A DNA stretch of 63,882 nucleotides, from the IMG/VR virus record IMGVR_UViG_3300033412_000012, positions 1 through 63,882 of that record; one strand, 5' to 3'. Under the pieces are notes generated by a model that had not been told where the DNA came from, ran no database searches, and saw only the letters and a program-made list of their open reading frames with translations. Shown piece after piece: positions 27,771 through 36,988 of the stretch. How positions within the stretch are numbered: position 1 is the stretch's first letter; the number at the start of each line of letters is the position of its first letter. Source of the stretch: a virus (Duplodnaviria > Caudoviricetes). Both the position numbers and the translations under genes were made by a program.

Positions 27771-28256
27771 TCACGGTTTGACGAACAACATCACTTTCTT
27801 GGAATACGGATACAAGTGCTGACCGACGAGCACCTCGTACACTTGACAAGTGACTTGCTGCACGGCAGACGACTGAATTCCGATCAAGTTGTACGGAATG
27901 TCGATTTGATCGCCGACGTTGATGAGGGTGCCGAGCTTGACGAGCGCTGGAAACTTGATATCAGGGCCGGCGTCCATCGACAAGTTGGATTCGCTGGCCG
28001 TCGACTGCGCTTGGTCCAATATGCGCACCACTTCGGAAAAATCGATCACGAAAGTGGCCGGCGCTGTTGTCCATTGGGCTTGAGGCGAATCGACCAGCAA
28101 GTCGCCGAACACGTCGCGACGCGCCGAGCCGGTCGTCACGAGGCGCCGTAGATCGAGCTGGACGCCGCGCAAATCGACATAGGCTTCGTATTGTAGTTGC
28201 TTGACGCGAGCAACCGTCGCGGCCAAATTCTGCAACAGACCGAGCTGCATCCCCAT
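27771..28256 (-). CDS. putative neck/head-closure protein (gp14-like)
   Basis: RDVFGD...INVGDQIDIP pattern; position. Confidence 0.5.
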   Translation of the reverse strand: MGMQLGLLQNLAATVARVKQLQYEAYVDLRGVQLDLRRLVTTGSARRDVFGDLLVDSPQAQWTTAPATFVIDFSEVVRILDQAQSTASESNLSMDAGPDIKFPALVKLGTLINVGDQIDIPYNLIGIQSSAVQQVTCQVYEVLVGQHLYPYSKKVMLFVKP

Positions 28257-28260
28257 GAGG

Positions 28261-28725
28261 TCACTGCTCCTCGTCGTCCGGAACGGCTACCGGCTCGCTG
28301 TCGTCAGGCTCGGTCCCCAAGTCGTCGGATTCAGCGCCGCCGGTCTCGGGCTCGGCCCCGACGCCACCGATGGCGTCGCTGGTTGGATCAAACGAGAACG
28401 ACATGGCGCCCGCCACTGCAACTTGCGAGTCCGGAACGTCCGGCTCGATGGGAGCGCGCGTCAGCAACGCCACGATGTCCTGGACCGGCACACCGGTGAA
28501 CACTACTGCTTCGGCTTCCAGCTCGCCCTTCTCGTCTGAGCACGCGAAGATCTTGTCCAAGTCGTTCTTGTTGACGTTGCCGTCCAGCATGATCGAAGTG
28601 ACCGCCACTTGGTCGCCATCGACGATCAGATAACAAACGCCTTCAGCCACGAAATCCGAGACCAGCTGGTATACTTCGGCCGTTGGAGGGTAACCCTCCG
28701 GGTGAATTCGTTGCAGACGTTCCAT
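28261..28725 (-). CDS. acidic hypothetical protein
   Basis: 154 aa. Confidence 0.65.
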   Translation of the reverse strand: MERLQRIHPEGYPPTAEVYQLVSDFVAEGVCYLIVDGDQVAVTSIMLDGNVNKNDLDKIFACSDEKGELEAEAVVFTGVPVQDIVALLTRAPIEPDVPDSQVAVAGAMSFSFDPTSDAIGGVGAEPETGGAESDDLGTEPDDSEPVAVPDDEEQ

Positions 28726-28766
28726 GGCAGCGGTCGACCGGTTGGTGAGTAAACGACAGACGGTTC

Positions 28767-29204
28767 TCAGTTGTTGAAAACCAGAATCATCTGGTCGATG
28801 ATTGCCAGCGGCGGCAGGAACTGCAGCGCCTGCACGAGTTCCTGCGCCGACTCCTCGCTCAAGTGACCGTCGCGCGCGATCTTTTCCGCCACCATCATGA
28901 TGTCGCGCGATACTGTGACGACTTGGTGCAGCTGCTGGTTCTGGTGCAACAGGATCGTCGCTTTGTTGTACGTGTCGATCACCTGTTGTTGCAGCACGTC
29001 GAACTGCTTAGCCATGGCTTCGGCTTTCGCGGGCGTGATGGTACGCACTTGGCGCAGCCGGGCCGTGTTGGCAGCGCGTTGATCGTTCATTTGATCGAGC
29101 GTCATCGAGCGGTTGACCAGACCGTACATCGGATGGCGCGGATCGTCACGCGCGATGGTGCTCGAAGCGGACATGTGAGTAGGATCTTGGACATTCGTGC
29201 TCAT
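28767..29204 (-). CDS. coiled-coil hypothetical protein
   Basis: AAGGA RBS; ATGA overlap. Confidence 0.65.
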   Translation of the reverse strand: MSTNVQDPTHMSASSTIARDDPRHPMYGLVNRSMTLDQMNDQRAANTARLRQVRTITPAKAEAMAKQFDVLQQQVIDTYNKATILLHQNQQLHQVVTVSRDIMMVAEKIARDGHLSEESAQELVQALQFLPPLAIIDQMILVFNN

Positions 29205-29698
29205 GGGGATTCCTTGATGCGTTGGAAAGGTTTATTGCTCATGGCGTCGGCGCGACGGTTTTGTTCGCGTGGCACCCAGACAAGCTTGATCGATTCGAAT
29301 TGGGCCGACAACAGCCAGACTTTGTTGCGGAAGGGCGCCAGCGTTTGTTGCTTGAGTTGCCACCTGCCCATGGTCTGATAAATCACGAGTTGCGAATCGC
29401 CCCGTACCACGACGCGCCGAGCACCGCGCGCATGCAGCTCTTTCAAGCAACAAATCAGTGCTTCATATTCGGCCTGATTGGAAGTGCCGACGCCAGTGCG
29501 CAAGCAGCCCTCGAACTCGCGCCCGTCAGGCGCCAGGACCCACCAGCCAGCCGCTTTGTCGCGTTGTTGCTTGATGGCACCGTCGAACCAGCCGCGCCAG
29601 ACGCCGGCCGGATCTTCGTCGATGCCGTCCAAGTCGGTCACGGTGCGCCGTCGGGTCTGCTCGTCGAGCAGCGAGTCTACTTCGGCAAATCGAGTCAT
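29201..29698 (-). CDS. ribonuclease HI
   Basis: WFDGA, TSNQAEYEAL, GDSQLV and WVPREQNRRADA catalytic motifs. Confidence 0.9.
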   Translation of the reverse strand: MTRFAEVDSLLDEQTRRRTVTDLDGIDEDPAGVWRGWFDGAIKQQRDKAAGWWVLAPDGREFEGCLRTGVGTSNQAEYEALICCLKELHARGARRVVVRGDSQLVIYQTMGRWQLKQQTLAPFRNKVWLLSAQFESIKLVWVPREQNRRADAMSNKPFQRIKESP

Positions 29699-29769
29699 GA
29701 AGGCAGATAGCAGTGAGGGCGCCAACCCGATAAACGGGCTGCGCCCTCGCCACAACACTACAGCAGTTG

Positions 29770-30471
29770 CTAAGTGCCGTCCGACGGCGTCTCGGCTCGC
29801 CCGTCTGCTGCGGCCGGGCCAGTGGCCGAGACCGAACCCGGAGCGCCGCGCGCCGGCGAGACTGGCGTATCGCGAGTCGGGTTCGGCCGGAACGCGTCAG
29901 GCCGCGCCGGCTGCTGCTGGACTTTCTGCGGCACTTGCAAGCGCTGAGTGATGCGGCCCGAATCAAGCAGGAGTTTAGCAAAAGACGTGATGTGCTTGCA
30001 GCACCCGGGGATCTTGCTCGGCGTATTGCGGTTCGGGACGCCCGTCCCTTTCGGGACCGGAATCTTGAGGGGGCGCCGGGCGTGGCAGTTGTTCAGAACA
30101 TTCCACCGCATGTACGTGAACAAGTAGTCCGGACAACTGCATGAGACACGCACCGGCGAGTCGTTGTAAGCGGGTTTTTGCTTCGCTTGTACGTCGCAGT
30201 CGAAAAAGAAAATCGCGACGTGATAGCGCCGGTCCGAGTTGAGCGAGTGCACGTCGGCGTCGTATTGGTAGGACCGGATGCCCGCCATGGGTGTTACTTT
30301 GACGTCGCTGTAGCGGTAGTTGGCCGTGTCGGCGCGCGTTTTGGAAATCGGCGTGACGCGGTCCATGCCGCGCACCAAGTCGTCTAGTGTCAGCGCGGCC
30401 TTGCCTTCGACGAGCAACCCGCGCTCGTACAGCACCATTATGTCCAAGTCTTCATCGAGCGGTTCGCTCAC
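29770..30471 (-). CDS. SWIM-type zinc finger protein
   Basis: PVRVSCSCPDY...PGCCKHI. Confidence 0.75.
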   Translation of the reverse strand: MSEPLDEDLDIMVLYERGLLVEGKAALTLDDLVRGMDRVTPISKTRADTANYRYSDVKVTPMAGIRSYQYDADVHSLNSDRRYHVAIFFFDCDVQAKQKPAYNDSPVRVSCSCPDYLFTYMRWNVLNNCHARRPLKIPVPKGTGVPNRNTPSKIPGCCKHITSFAKLLLDSGRITQRLQVPQKVQQQPARPDAFRPNPTRDTPVSPARGAPGSVSATGPAAADGRAETPSDGT

Positions 30472-30501
30472 GTCAGCTCTCCTAGAATGTTTAAGACGCC
30501 G

Positions 30502-31029
30502 TCACACTTGCTCTTGCACGTACCCGGCTTGTACCTGCAAGTGGTACAGAGCCACCAGATGGCGGCACAAGCCCGCGATGCGCAGCGGGTTTTTCTTCGG
30601 CTCGGGCTGGTTCTTGGGCGCAAATCCCGTGTGAACGTCTTGCTCGCGGTTCGCTTTCAGGAAGTTGTCCACGTATTCGCTGCATTTGCAGCCGACACGG
30701 ACCGGGTTGTCTATTGAGCCGACGCGCTTCGGATCGCTTACCCCGTAATACTGGATGATAGTCTTGAACACCTTGCCGTCGGGTCCGATGACATCGACCG
30801 CCGAATCGATTTTCTTCATGAACGGCGTATAATCCCACTTCAGACCGGTCATGTTGAAGCGACTGGGCTTGCCTTGATTGTACGCGGCCGGCAGAATTTG
30901 CTCCGTGTTGTCTAGCAAGTCGGCCATTGCAAGCTCGGTGCGGCTCTCCTCCGCCCTTTTGTCGTCGTTATTTGAAGAAAGATCCACAATCTCGGACTGG
31001 TTCGGATCGGCCATGATATCAAACGGCAT
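30502..31029 (-). CDS. SWIM-type zinc finger protein (paralog)
   Basis: PVRVGCKCSEY...AGLCRHL. Confidence 0.75.
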   Translation of the reverse strand: MPFDIMADPNQSEIVDLSSNNDDKRAEESRTELAMADLLDNTEQILPAAYNQGKPSRFNMTGLKWDYTPFMKKIDSAVDVIGPDGKVFKTIIQYYGVSDPKRVGSIDNPVRVGCKCSEYVDNFLKANREQDVHTGFAPKNQPEPKKNPLRIAGLCRHLVALYHLQVQAGYVQEQV

Positions 31030-31312
31030 AGCTATTTCCTTTCTTGATATTTATCTTGGCCGGGATCACAGCCCAATTATACCAAACGTGCAAACCGCAC
31101 ACTAATTTGCCACGTAGCGGGACTACTTTTTCCAACAGTTTAGAAGCCTGCTTACGAAGTGAATCACACGATCGGCAAACGTTCGCCCTTCCATCAGGTT
31201 TGTCGCGCCGTCTCGAAAATTCAAGAACGCCCTTAACCTCAGTGCAACAGCGGCACCTCTTGTCGGTACGTGCTTCATCAACAGCGATTGATGCGGTGGA
31301 TTCGATGATCAT
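31019..31312 (-). pseudogene. degenerate HNH homing endonuclease
   Basis: CRCC...CRSC Zn finger joined directly to VVPLRGKLVCGLHVWYN...N..KGN; the catalytic DH is missing; low GC. Confidence 0.6.
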
Positions 31313-31411
31313 GGGAGCGGTTATCGGTTGGTTATTCCTCACACTGGTGCGGTTCCCGTCCGACGCGTCTCTCGGCACTAGGCCCATCACGTCACTTGAG
31401 GAGTCAATCAG

Positions 31412-31639
31412 ATGAAAGGATTTCCGCCGCTCGGATTCATGTATATCGATGAGTCGCAGTTCGCTCAAGTCAATCGAATCACGCGCGTCGAAGGCGTCGA
31501 GCAGAAATTCGAAGACGGTCGCAACGCCAAGACGCGCATCCACTTCGACGACGGCACCAGCACGCTGTCGACCTGGACGCTCGACAAAATGTTTCAACGC
31601 GTCGACGAGTTGCTGACCACACGCCCCAGCAGCCACTGA
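31412..31639 (+). CDS. hypothetical protein (opposite-strand moron)
   Basis: GAGGAG RBS; 75 aa; converges on the neck gene. Confidence 0.65.
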   Translation: MKGFPPLGFMYIDESQFAQVNRITRVEGVEQKFEDGRNAKTRIHFDDGTSTLSTWTLDKMFQRVDELLTTRPSSH

Positions 31640-31642
31640 TCC

Positions 31643-32482
31643 TCACCCCTTCGTTGCGGCAATGAACTCCACTGCTCGCAACATTTCCTCCGACCGCTGT
31701 TTGGCAAACTCGAGCGCCCGCTCGAGTTGGTCGGTACTGATCTGAAAGTCGTCCTGTCCCTTGAACGAGCCCGTCTTGCGAATCGCCAGCATGCGCTCGT
31801 AATACTGGATGCCGACCAACCAGGAGACCAATTCGGTATGCCGCAGCGGGATATCCTCGAGGCTGGACGAGCCGACCCCGAACGTCACCGCCACGAAGCA
31901 CGAGCCGCCTACCACAATGCGCACGACATTATTCGACACGTCCTCCTCGTAGTGCAAATCGCCCACGTTCATGTCGATCAACGTCGCGTTCAAGTTCATG
32001 CGCACCGGATCGAAGTTCGGAATCGCGTAGTTCAAGCCCAGCAAGTAGTCGTCGAAACGGCTCTGGCCCAGCTGGTTGCGCACCGCGTACGACAGCACGC
32101 CGACGTAGAAATACTTGCCTGTATAGTCGTTCGGAGCGGCGACTGACGGGTCGGCGTTGGTCGGGTCGTAGACATTGCCGTTATAGGGCGTCTCGATGAA
32201 CGGTTGCGACAGATTGGTCGAGCCGGTCTGGGCCAACGAGTAGTCGGGGTCGGTGGCCGGCCCGAAGTCCGGCATCACCGAATCGATACTGATGGCGATT
32301 TCGCGCTCACCCCAGAAGTTGTATTGCTTGGTCACTTGCAGCGGCACGTGCGAATAATACTTGATGAGCGCCGGCAGGATGTCCAAGTTGGAGTCGACTG
32401 CTTGCTCCTGCGGCAGCACGGGAGCCCCCAACGGCGCGAGCAGCCGCGCCGTCACCAGATCCAGCCGAGTCGGCAGTGCCAT
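31643..32482 (-). CDS. putative neck/head-tail adaptor protein (gp13-like)
   Basis: 279 aa; ALIKYYS N-terminal motif; position downstream of the MCP region. Confidence 0.55.
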   Translation of the reverse strand: MALPTRLDLVTARLLAPLGAPVLPQEQAVDSNLDILPALIKYYSHVPLQVTKQYNFWGEREIAISIDSVMPDFGPATDPDYSLAQTGSTNLSQPFIETPYNGNVYDPTNADPSVAAPNDYTGKYFYVGVLSYAVRNQLGQSRFDDYLLGLNYAIPNFDPVRMNLNATLIDMNVGDLHYEEDVSNNVVRIVVGGSCFVAVTFGVGSSSLEDIPLRHTELVSWLVGIQYYERMLAIRKTGSFKGQDDFQISTDQLERALEFAKQRSEEMLRAVEFIAATKG

Positions 32483-32492
32483 TTAAACCCTC

Positions 32493-33551
32493 CTAGTCGC
32501 CCACGTCCTCCACGTCGAGGAAGTAGCCGATAAAACCCGACAATCGGTGATCGTCATGCGGCAGCACCAACCCGTCCGGGCCGCCCGGCACCACGACCCC
32601 GCCCAAATTCTGCGTTTGCCCGCTCTTGGTCCGATAACGCTTGCTGCGCGTGTTGAGCGGCGGTAGCGACTCGGCGATTGAACGGGCGACGTGAAGCGGT
32701 TCTGCTGACCGGTCAGGATAATCGAGGAATACGTTGCTCAAACCCAGACGCACCAGCTCGGCCGCGACATCGCGACTGGTCGTGTGAATCGTGACGCCTT
32801 CATGCATCAGCAACGACGACAGCGTGCGACGTTCGTGCGTCACTGCCCCGGTCGCGCCGCCGGAATCGGAACTGACCGGCTCCGGAGGCGAAGCGGATGC
32901 GGCGGACGGATCGGACACAGGCGACGACAAGACGATCCGCGCCATATCAACGTCGACAGTGAGGCGGCCGTCGGCGATGCTGTCGGCCGGGTTGTTAGTG
33001 GCATCGCACACGACGGTGTACGGCAGAGCTTGGCTGGTGGCATCGGCCAGCGCGTCGGCCAGCTCCGCGATCTTGCTGTCGATCAGGTCGCCAGCAATCG
33101 GGCCGGCGCCCTCCGAGGGCTCCAGCAAGTGATGAATCGACTCGTACGCTTCCACCCAATCGGCCAGTTGCTGCAGTTCGTCATGGCGCGCGTCGTCGTG
33201 CGTCGCCATGACTTGCCGCAAGGCGGCTAGCTGCTCCTGGTACTGATCCGGCGTCGCGACAGTCGGATCGATCACTTCGACGATGTCAAGGCCGACTCCA
33301 GGCTCGCCAGTTGCCGTTTCACTTCCGTCAACAACGCCCGAGTCTGCTCCAGTTGTTGCTCGGCCTGCTCGATCTGCGGGCAGCGGCTCGACAGCGGCAA
33401 CGGGTACAGGATCAGCAATGGCAGAATCGGGTCCCTTAGCGGACTTCTTGGCGCTTTGTTCACGTTGCCACTCCTCAAGCTTGGTTTGATAAGCGTCTTT
33501 GACGGCTTGACTGGCGTATTTCGACGGCGGGGTTGGCTTCTTGAGTGCCAT
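32493..33551 (-). CDS. acidic hypothetical protein with a sheath-like VVCDATNN segment
   Basis: AGGAGG RBS; 352 aa. Confidence 0.7.
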   Translation of the reverse strand: MALKKPTPPSKYASQAVKDAYQTKLEEWQREQSAKKSAKGPDSAIADPVPVAAVEPLPADRAGRATTGADSGVVDGSETATGEPGVGLDIVEVIDPTVATPDQYQEQLAALRQVMATHDDARHDELQQLADWVEAYESIHHLLEPSEGAGPIAGDLIDSKIAELADALADATSQALPYTVVCDATNNPADSIADGRLTVDVDMARIVLSSPVSDPSAASASPPEPVSSDSGGATGAVTHERRTLSSLLMHEGVTIHTTSRDVAAELVRLGLSNVFLDYPDRSAEPLHVARSIAESLPPLNTRSKRYRTKSGQTQNLGGVVVPGGPDGLVLPHDDHRLSGFIGYFLDVEDVGD

Positions 33552-33653
33552 GCGGGCCTCCTGAATACAGCTGTCGGCCGCGCGGCGGTATCGCCGTCGG
33601 CCTCGAGCAGGTTGGTCGGTACATTACTGGCGTCCGGACGCCAGAGCGGCGCG

Positions 33654-34019
33654 TCACGCCTCCTCTGCGTCGCCGCGCCGCCGCAAATTACACAACGCGT
33701 TGGTCAGTTGCATGCGCAAAAGAGCCCCGGACATGTGCGCGTAGCGCTCAACCATGGCCGGCGGCAGCAGCGCTTTCAAGTCGTCGATCGACTTTTCCTT
33801 CAAATGCGTGCGGTACTCGGATTCGGACACCACGTGCTGGCTCGACTCGTCTGGGAACACGACGCGGCGGCGCAGTGTAACAAACCCGCCCGTGCACCAA
33901 GTGTCACTGACTCCCTTCAAACGCACTTTCTCAGGGTTGTCGTCCACGTTCTCCGCGATCAAGTAACACTCGAGGCCGTTGTAGTAGACGATGCGGGGTG
34001 GAGCGGCGGTGTCATTCAT
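33654..34019 (-). CDS. hypothetical protein
   Basis: GAGGA RBS; ATGA overlap. Confidence 0.65.
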   Translation of the reverse strand: MNDTAAPPRIVYYNGLECYLIAENVDDNPEKVRLKGVSDTWCTGGFVTLRRRVVFPDESSQHVVSESEYRTHLKEKSIDDLKALLPPAMVERYAHMSGALLRMQLTNALCNLRRRGDAEEA

Positions 34020-34348
34020 GGGGTCAATCCTCGTAGGCAGGCCAGCGCATAGTCGTCATCACTCGCCGAGACGGGCCGGACAGTGGCGCCCGGGCGGTCG
34101 AGACGCTTGGTCAACATGTGCAGCATCACAGACTCGGGCACGATGCGCACGCGGTTGAACCGCAGTCCGTCGGCTTGCAGGCGACGGCGCGCATCCTCGG
34201 GCGAATCGAACCGCACAGCCGCGCCCGGTGTCTCGGTCCAGTAAGCGCCACCGGAGAATCGGTCGTTGACGTTGCGGTCGCGCAAAGCGATCTGCGTTCC
34301 TGGATGACGACGCGAGTCCTGTACGATACAGAATTTGGTGGAAGTCAT
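34016..34348 (-). CDS. hypothetical protein
   Basis: Start MTSTK with GGAG RBS. Confidence 0.65.
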   Translation of the reverse strand: MTSTKFCIVQDSRRHPGTQIALRDRNVNDRFSGGAYWTETPGAAVRFDSPEDARRRLQADGLRFNRVRIVPESVMLHMLTKRLDRPGATVRPVSASDDDYALACLRGLTP

Positions 34349-34656
34349 CGTGCTCTCCGTTTGAGCGACCGGTAGTGACGCCGAATCTGGCTCCACTCGT
34401 CACCAGTCAGCGCGGCCAGTCCGAGTTCGGCCAAATACTTGTCGATCATGACACGATGATGCGCGTCGGACGGGTCGAACTTGATGCCGGCACGCGCCAG
34501 CTTCTCCAGCTCGGCCGGGCACAACTTGACTTCTCGGTGCCACTCCGGCGTCCCCACTTCGGGCATCAGATCGACGCACAACGTCGTCGGCACGGCGGCC
34601 GTGGTGAAGATTTGCGGACGGCCGCCGGCCGTCCGAACAATGAGGCCAAAGTCCAT
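34345..34656 (-). CDS. hypothetical protein
   Basis: Start MDFGL; coupled. Confidence 0.55.
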   Translation of the reverse strand: MDFGLIVRTAGGRPQIFTTAAVPTTLCVDLMPEVGTPEWHREVKLCPAELEKLARAGIKFDPSDAHHRVMIDKYLAELGLAALTGDEWSQIRRHYRSLKRRAR

Positions 34657-34661
34657 CGCCG

Positions 34662-35333
34662 TCACGCCTTGGTAGCCCGCTCGGCGGCACGCGCGCGTTT
34701 GGCCGCGCGCTCGGCCAGCAGTTGTTTTTGCTCGGCCGCGTCCAGCTTGTGCCACGGCCGGATCAGATTGCCCAGGTTCATACGCTGCTGGCCCGGGTTC
34801 AAATGCTGGTACAGCGCCTTGAGTTCCATTTCGATGGTATTAGCCTCAGGCATGCCCGAGTGACCAACCTTCGGGTGAATCCAGGCCGTCATGTCCTCGG
34901 CCACGACCTTGTAGCACTCCTCGAGCGACTTGTTGCGGAACAGCTGGGCCACTTTATCGCCACAATCGATCACCTTGCTGCCCGATGCTGTTTTGACGTC
35001 GGTGCGCTCGTAGCGCTGCTTGTAGCCCGACTTGACAATCGAGCGCGTCGACGCGTCATCGGCCGGCTTAGCAGCCTCGGCGGCAGCCTGCTTCTCGGCG
35101 AAGCGGTGATGCGGCGTGACCGGCGCTTCCACCTTGCGACCAGGAGCGGCATGCGCGTCGGTCGGCTGGGCGCGCTTCTTGAGCGGCGCGACGGCGTTGG
35201 CTGGCAAATCAAACAGCTGACTGTTGCGCACTTTCTGCGGCTTGCCGGCCACGTCAATGGTGCTCCAGCCGCCAGCCACGGCAATCACGTTAACCGGCTG
35301 ACCGTTGAACAACTTGGTGATCGTCTGCGTCAT
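34662..35333 (-). CDS. conserved hypothetical phage protein (DCGD...YQHLNPGQQRMNLGN)
   Basis: GGGAG RBS; downstream of a strong promoter. Confidence 0.75.
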   Translation of the reverse strand: MTQTITKLFNGQPVNVIAVAGGWSTIDVAGKPQKVRNSQLFDLPANAVAPLKKRAQPTDAHAAPGRKVEAPVTPHHRFAEKQAAAEAAKPADDASTRSIVKSGYKQRYERTDVKTASGSKVIDCGDKVAQLFRNKSLEECYKVVAEDMTAWIHPKVGHSGMPEANTIEMELKALYQHLNPGQQRMNLGNLIRPWHKLDAAEQKQLLAERAAKRARAAERATKA

Positions 35334-35406
35334 GATGTCTACTCCCGAGAATGTGGTGAATGGTCGGCCGCGCTCCAGTGGCGTCATTGCCGGTACTACA
35401 GAACGA

Positions 35407-35435
35407 AGTATACCAGCGCAACACTATCCGTGCAA
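35407..35435 (-). promoter_or_regulatory. sigma70-type promoter
   Basis: TTGCAC-N17-TATACT with extended -10 TG. Confidence 0.7.
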
Positions 35436-35461
35436 TTCAACGACAGGGTCACTTGGAAATG

Positions 35462-35488
35462 CCTGAGGCCCGTCGGACGGGCCTCAGG
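35462..35488. terminator. perfect 13-bp inverted repeat, probable terminator
   Basis: CCTGAGGCCCGTC-G-GACGGGCCTCAGG. Confidence 0.6.
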
Positions 35489-35531
35489 AGCATGCACTAC
35501 CCGAAAATTCTTTTCGGACGGGGCTTGGCGG

Positions 35532-35720
35532 TCATCTACTCAATCGAATCAGCGCGCGCCGATATTGAATCACCCAGCGCGTGGCAAACTGCAACGACAG
35601 ACCGTGTTCGTACATTTCGGTCACGGCTTTCTGCTCCGGCGGTGTCAGCACGCCGCCAGTTTTATGGGTCCGCAGATCATGCCGGACCCAATGCAGAAAG
35701 CGATCCAAGTCCAATCTCAT
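35532..35720 (-). CDS. hypothetical protein
   Basis: GGAG RBS; ATGA overlap. Confidence 0.55.
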   Translation of the reverse strand: MRLDLDRFLHWVRHDLRTHKTGGVLTPPEQKAVTEMYEHGLSLQFATRWVIQYRRALIRLSR

Positions 35721-36613
35721 CGCTCCAACGTGTATACTTCAGTCGGGCAACCCGCTCGTGGGGGCGTGATCGCGGTCAACCGGAACCGCAATCCAGGTTT
35801 CAGCAAGAATTCGTCCTGCGCGTTTTCCGGGTGCTCGGGGTTGCTGTGCGACAGCTGACGCCCGTACGACGCACCCGGTGTCAATATGAACTTGAGAATG
35901 ATGTACTCGTCTTCGCCGCCGTTGGGCTCGATCACGCCCTGCTGCAACGCTTGCCACGACATGGCGGTCGACTGCATAGCCGGAAAATCGATCCAGTCGC
36001 CTACCTGATGGCGCTCCCAGCCGTACACGGCGCGCGGTCCGAACAGCGCCCGATACGTGACCAGCCGTCGCGTTAGCACAGGCGCCGCACGCAAGTACTC
36101 GTCCAGCTCGGGCGATTCGAGCGCCGCGCTGATCCACGCGTCGATGGCGTCCTGCACCTCGGGGCTCGAGTCCCCGGCGACCGCTTCGCCCAGTTCGCCG
36201 ATCAGACCCTCGTCGGCCGCGCGCCGGGCGAGCGCGGCGTCCGACACTTCGGGATGCTCCCGCGCGTACTTGCGCGCCCGCACGATGTCGACGCGGAGCG
36301 TGTCGCGGCCCTGCGCCAGCGCGGCCAGCGCGCGGTGACGGCCGTCGTGCAGGCCGACTTGCAAACGCCCGTCGGGGCGCTCTTTGACCGACAGCATCGG
36401 ATTAGCATCCCAGCGGTCGAGCTGTGCGAGCCGCGCCACCTTGTCCCGGTCGGCCAGCGGGCCGCCTTGGTGCCCGAACGGCACCGCAAGGTCCAGAAAT
36501 TGCTGCGGCGACATCTCGACGGTGTTGCCGCTGACCAGCTTGTAGCCTTCACCGAGTAGCCGCCGGACGGCCGCGTTGACGTCGTCGTGAACTTCCTGCA
36601 TGATCGCCCCCAT
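35717..36613 (-). CDS. ParB/Srx-like domain fused to an R-S-E ADP-ribosyltransferase (VIP2/Alt-like)
   Basis: PMLSV...HDGRHRALA; TYRA...MQSTA...QDEFLLKPGLRFRL. Confidence 0.75.
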   Translation of the reverse strand: MGAIMQEVHDDVNAAVRRLLGEGYKLVSGNTVEMSPQQFLDLAVPFGHQGGPLADRDKVARLAQLDRWDANPMLSVKERPDGRLQVGLHDGRHRALAALAQGRDTLRVDIVRARKYAREHPEVSDAALARRAADEGLIGELGEAVAGDSSPEVQDAIDAWISAALESPELDEYLRAAPVLTRRLVTYRALFGPRAVYGWERHQVGDWIDFPAMQSTAMSWQALQQGVIEPNGGEDEYIILKFILTPGASYGRQLSHSNPEHPENAQDEFLLKPGLRFRLTAITPPRAGCPTEVYTLER

Positions 36614-36642
36614 ATCAGTACCGGGCGGACGGTTCGAGCCCG

Positions 36643-36963
36643 TCAGAACGTGATCGGCTGGGCGACGGCGCGCACCAAAAACATGACGCCTTCCTGGAAC
36701 GACTGCTGAGCACGTGCGTGCCACCGCTGCGGGTCGGCCCGCTCCAACCGGCTCTGCTCGACTTCCAGATCGGTACGACGGCGCGCGTCGACGTAGACGT
36801 GATCGTCGAGGTGACAAGCGAAAGCTTGTTGCTCCAGATAGAGCGTGACTTCCGCCAGCAATTCCTCCAGCTCGGCTCCCTTTTGCTTGACTTTGTTCAT
36901 CAAGTCGATCTCGTCCTGTGACAGCTCCCGATAACCCGAGATCTTGCGATGCTGGTTGTCCAT
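36643..36963 (-). CDS. acb2: anti-CBASS cyclic-oligonucleotide sponge Acb2
   Basis: MDNQHRKISGYRELSQDEIDLMN...RW...Q.G.M.LVRAVAQP.TF closely matches the Acb2 consensus. Confidence 0.9.
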   Translation of the reverse strand: MDNQHRKISGYRELSQDEIDLMNKVKQKGAELEELLAEVTLYLEQQAFACHLDDHVYVDARRRTDLEVEQSRLERADPQRWHARAQQSFQEGVMFLVRAVAQPITF

Positions 36964-36988
36964 CCAGACTCTCCTCAGTTTAATCTGA

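Noticed and set aside
31312-31636. N-terminal half of the minus-strand ORF 31019-31636
   Set aside because: It overlaps the better-supported plus-strand gene at 31412-31639; the HNH remnant starts at 31312.
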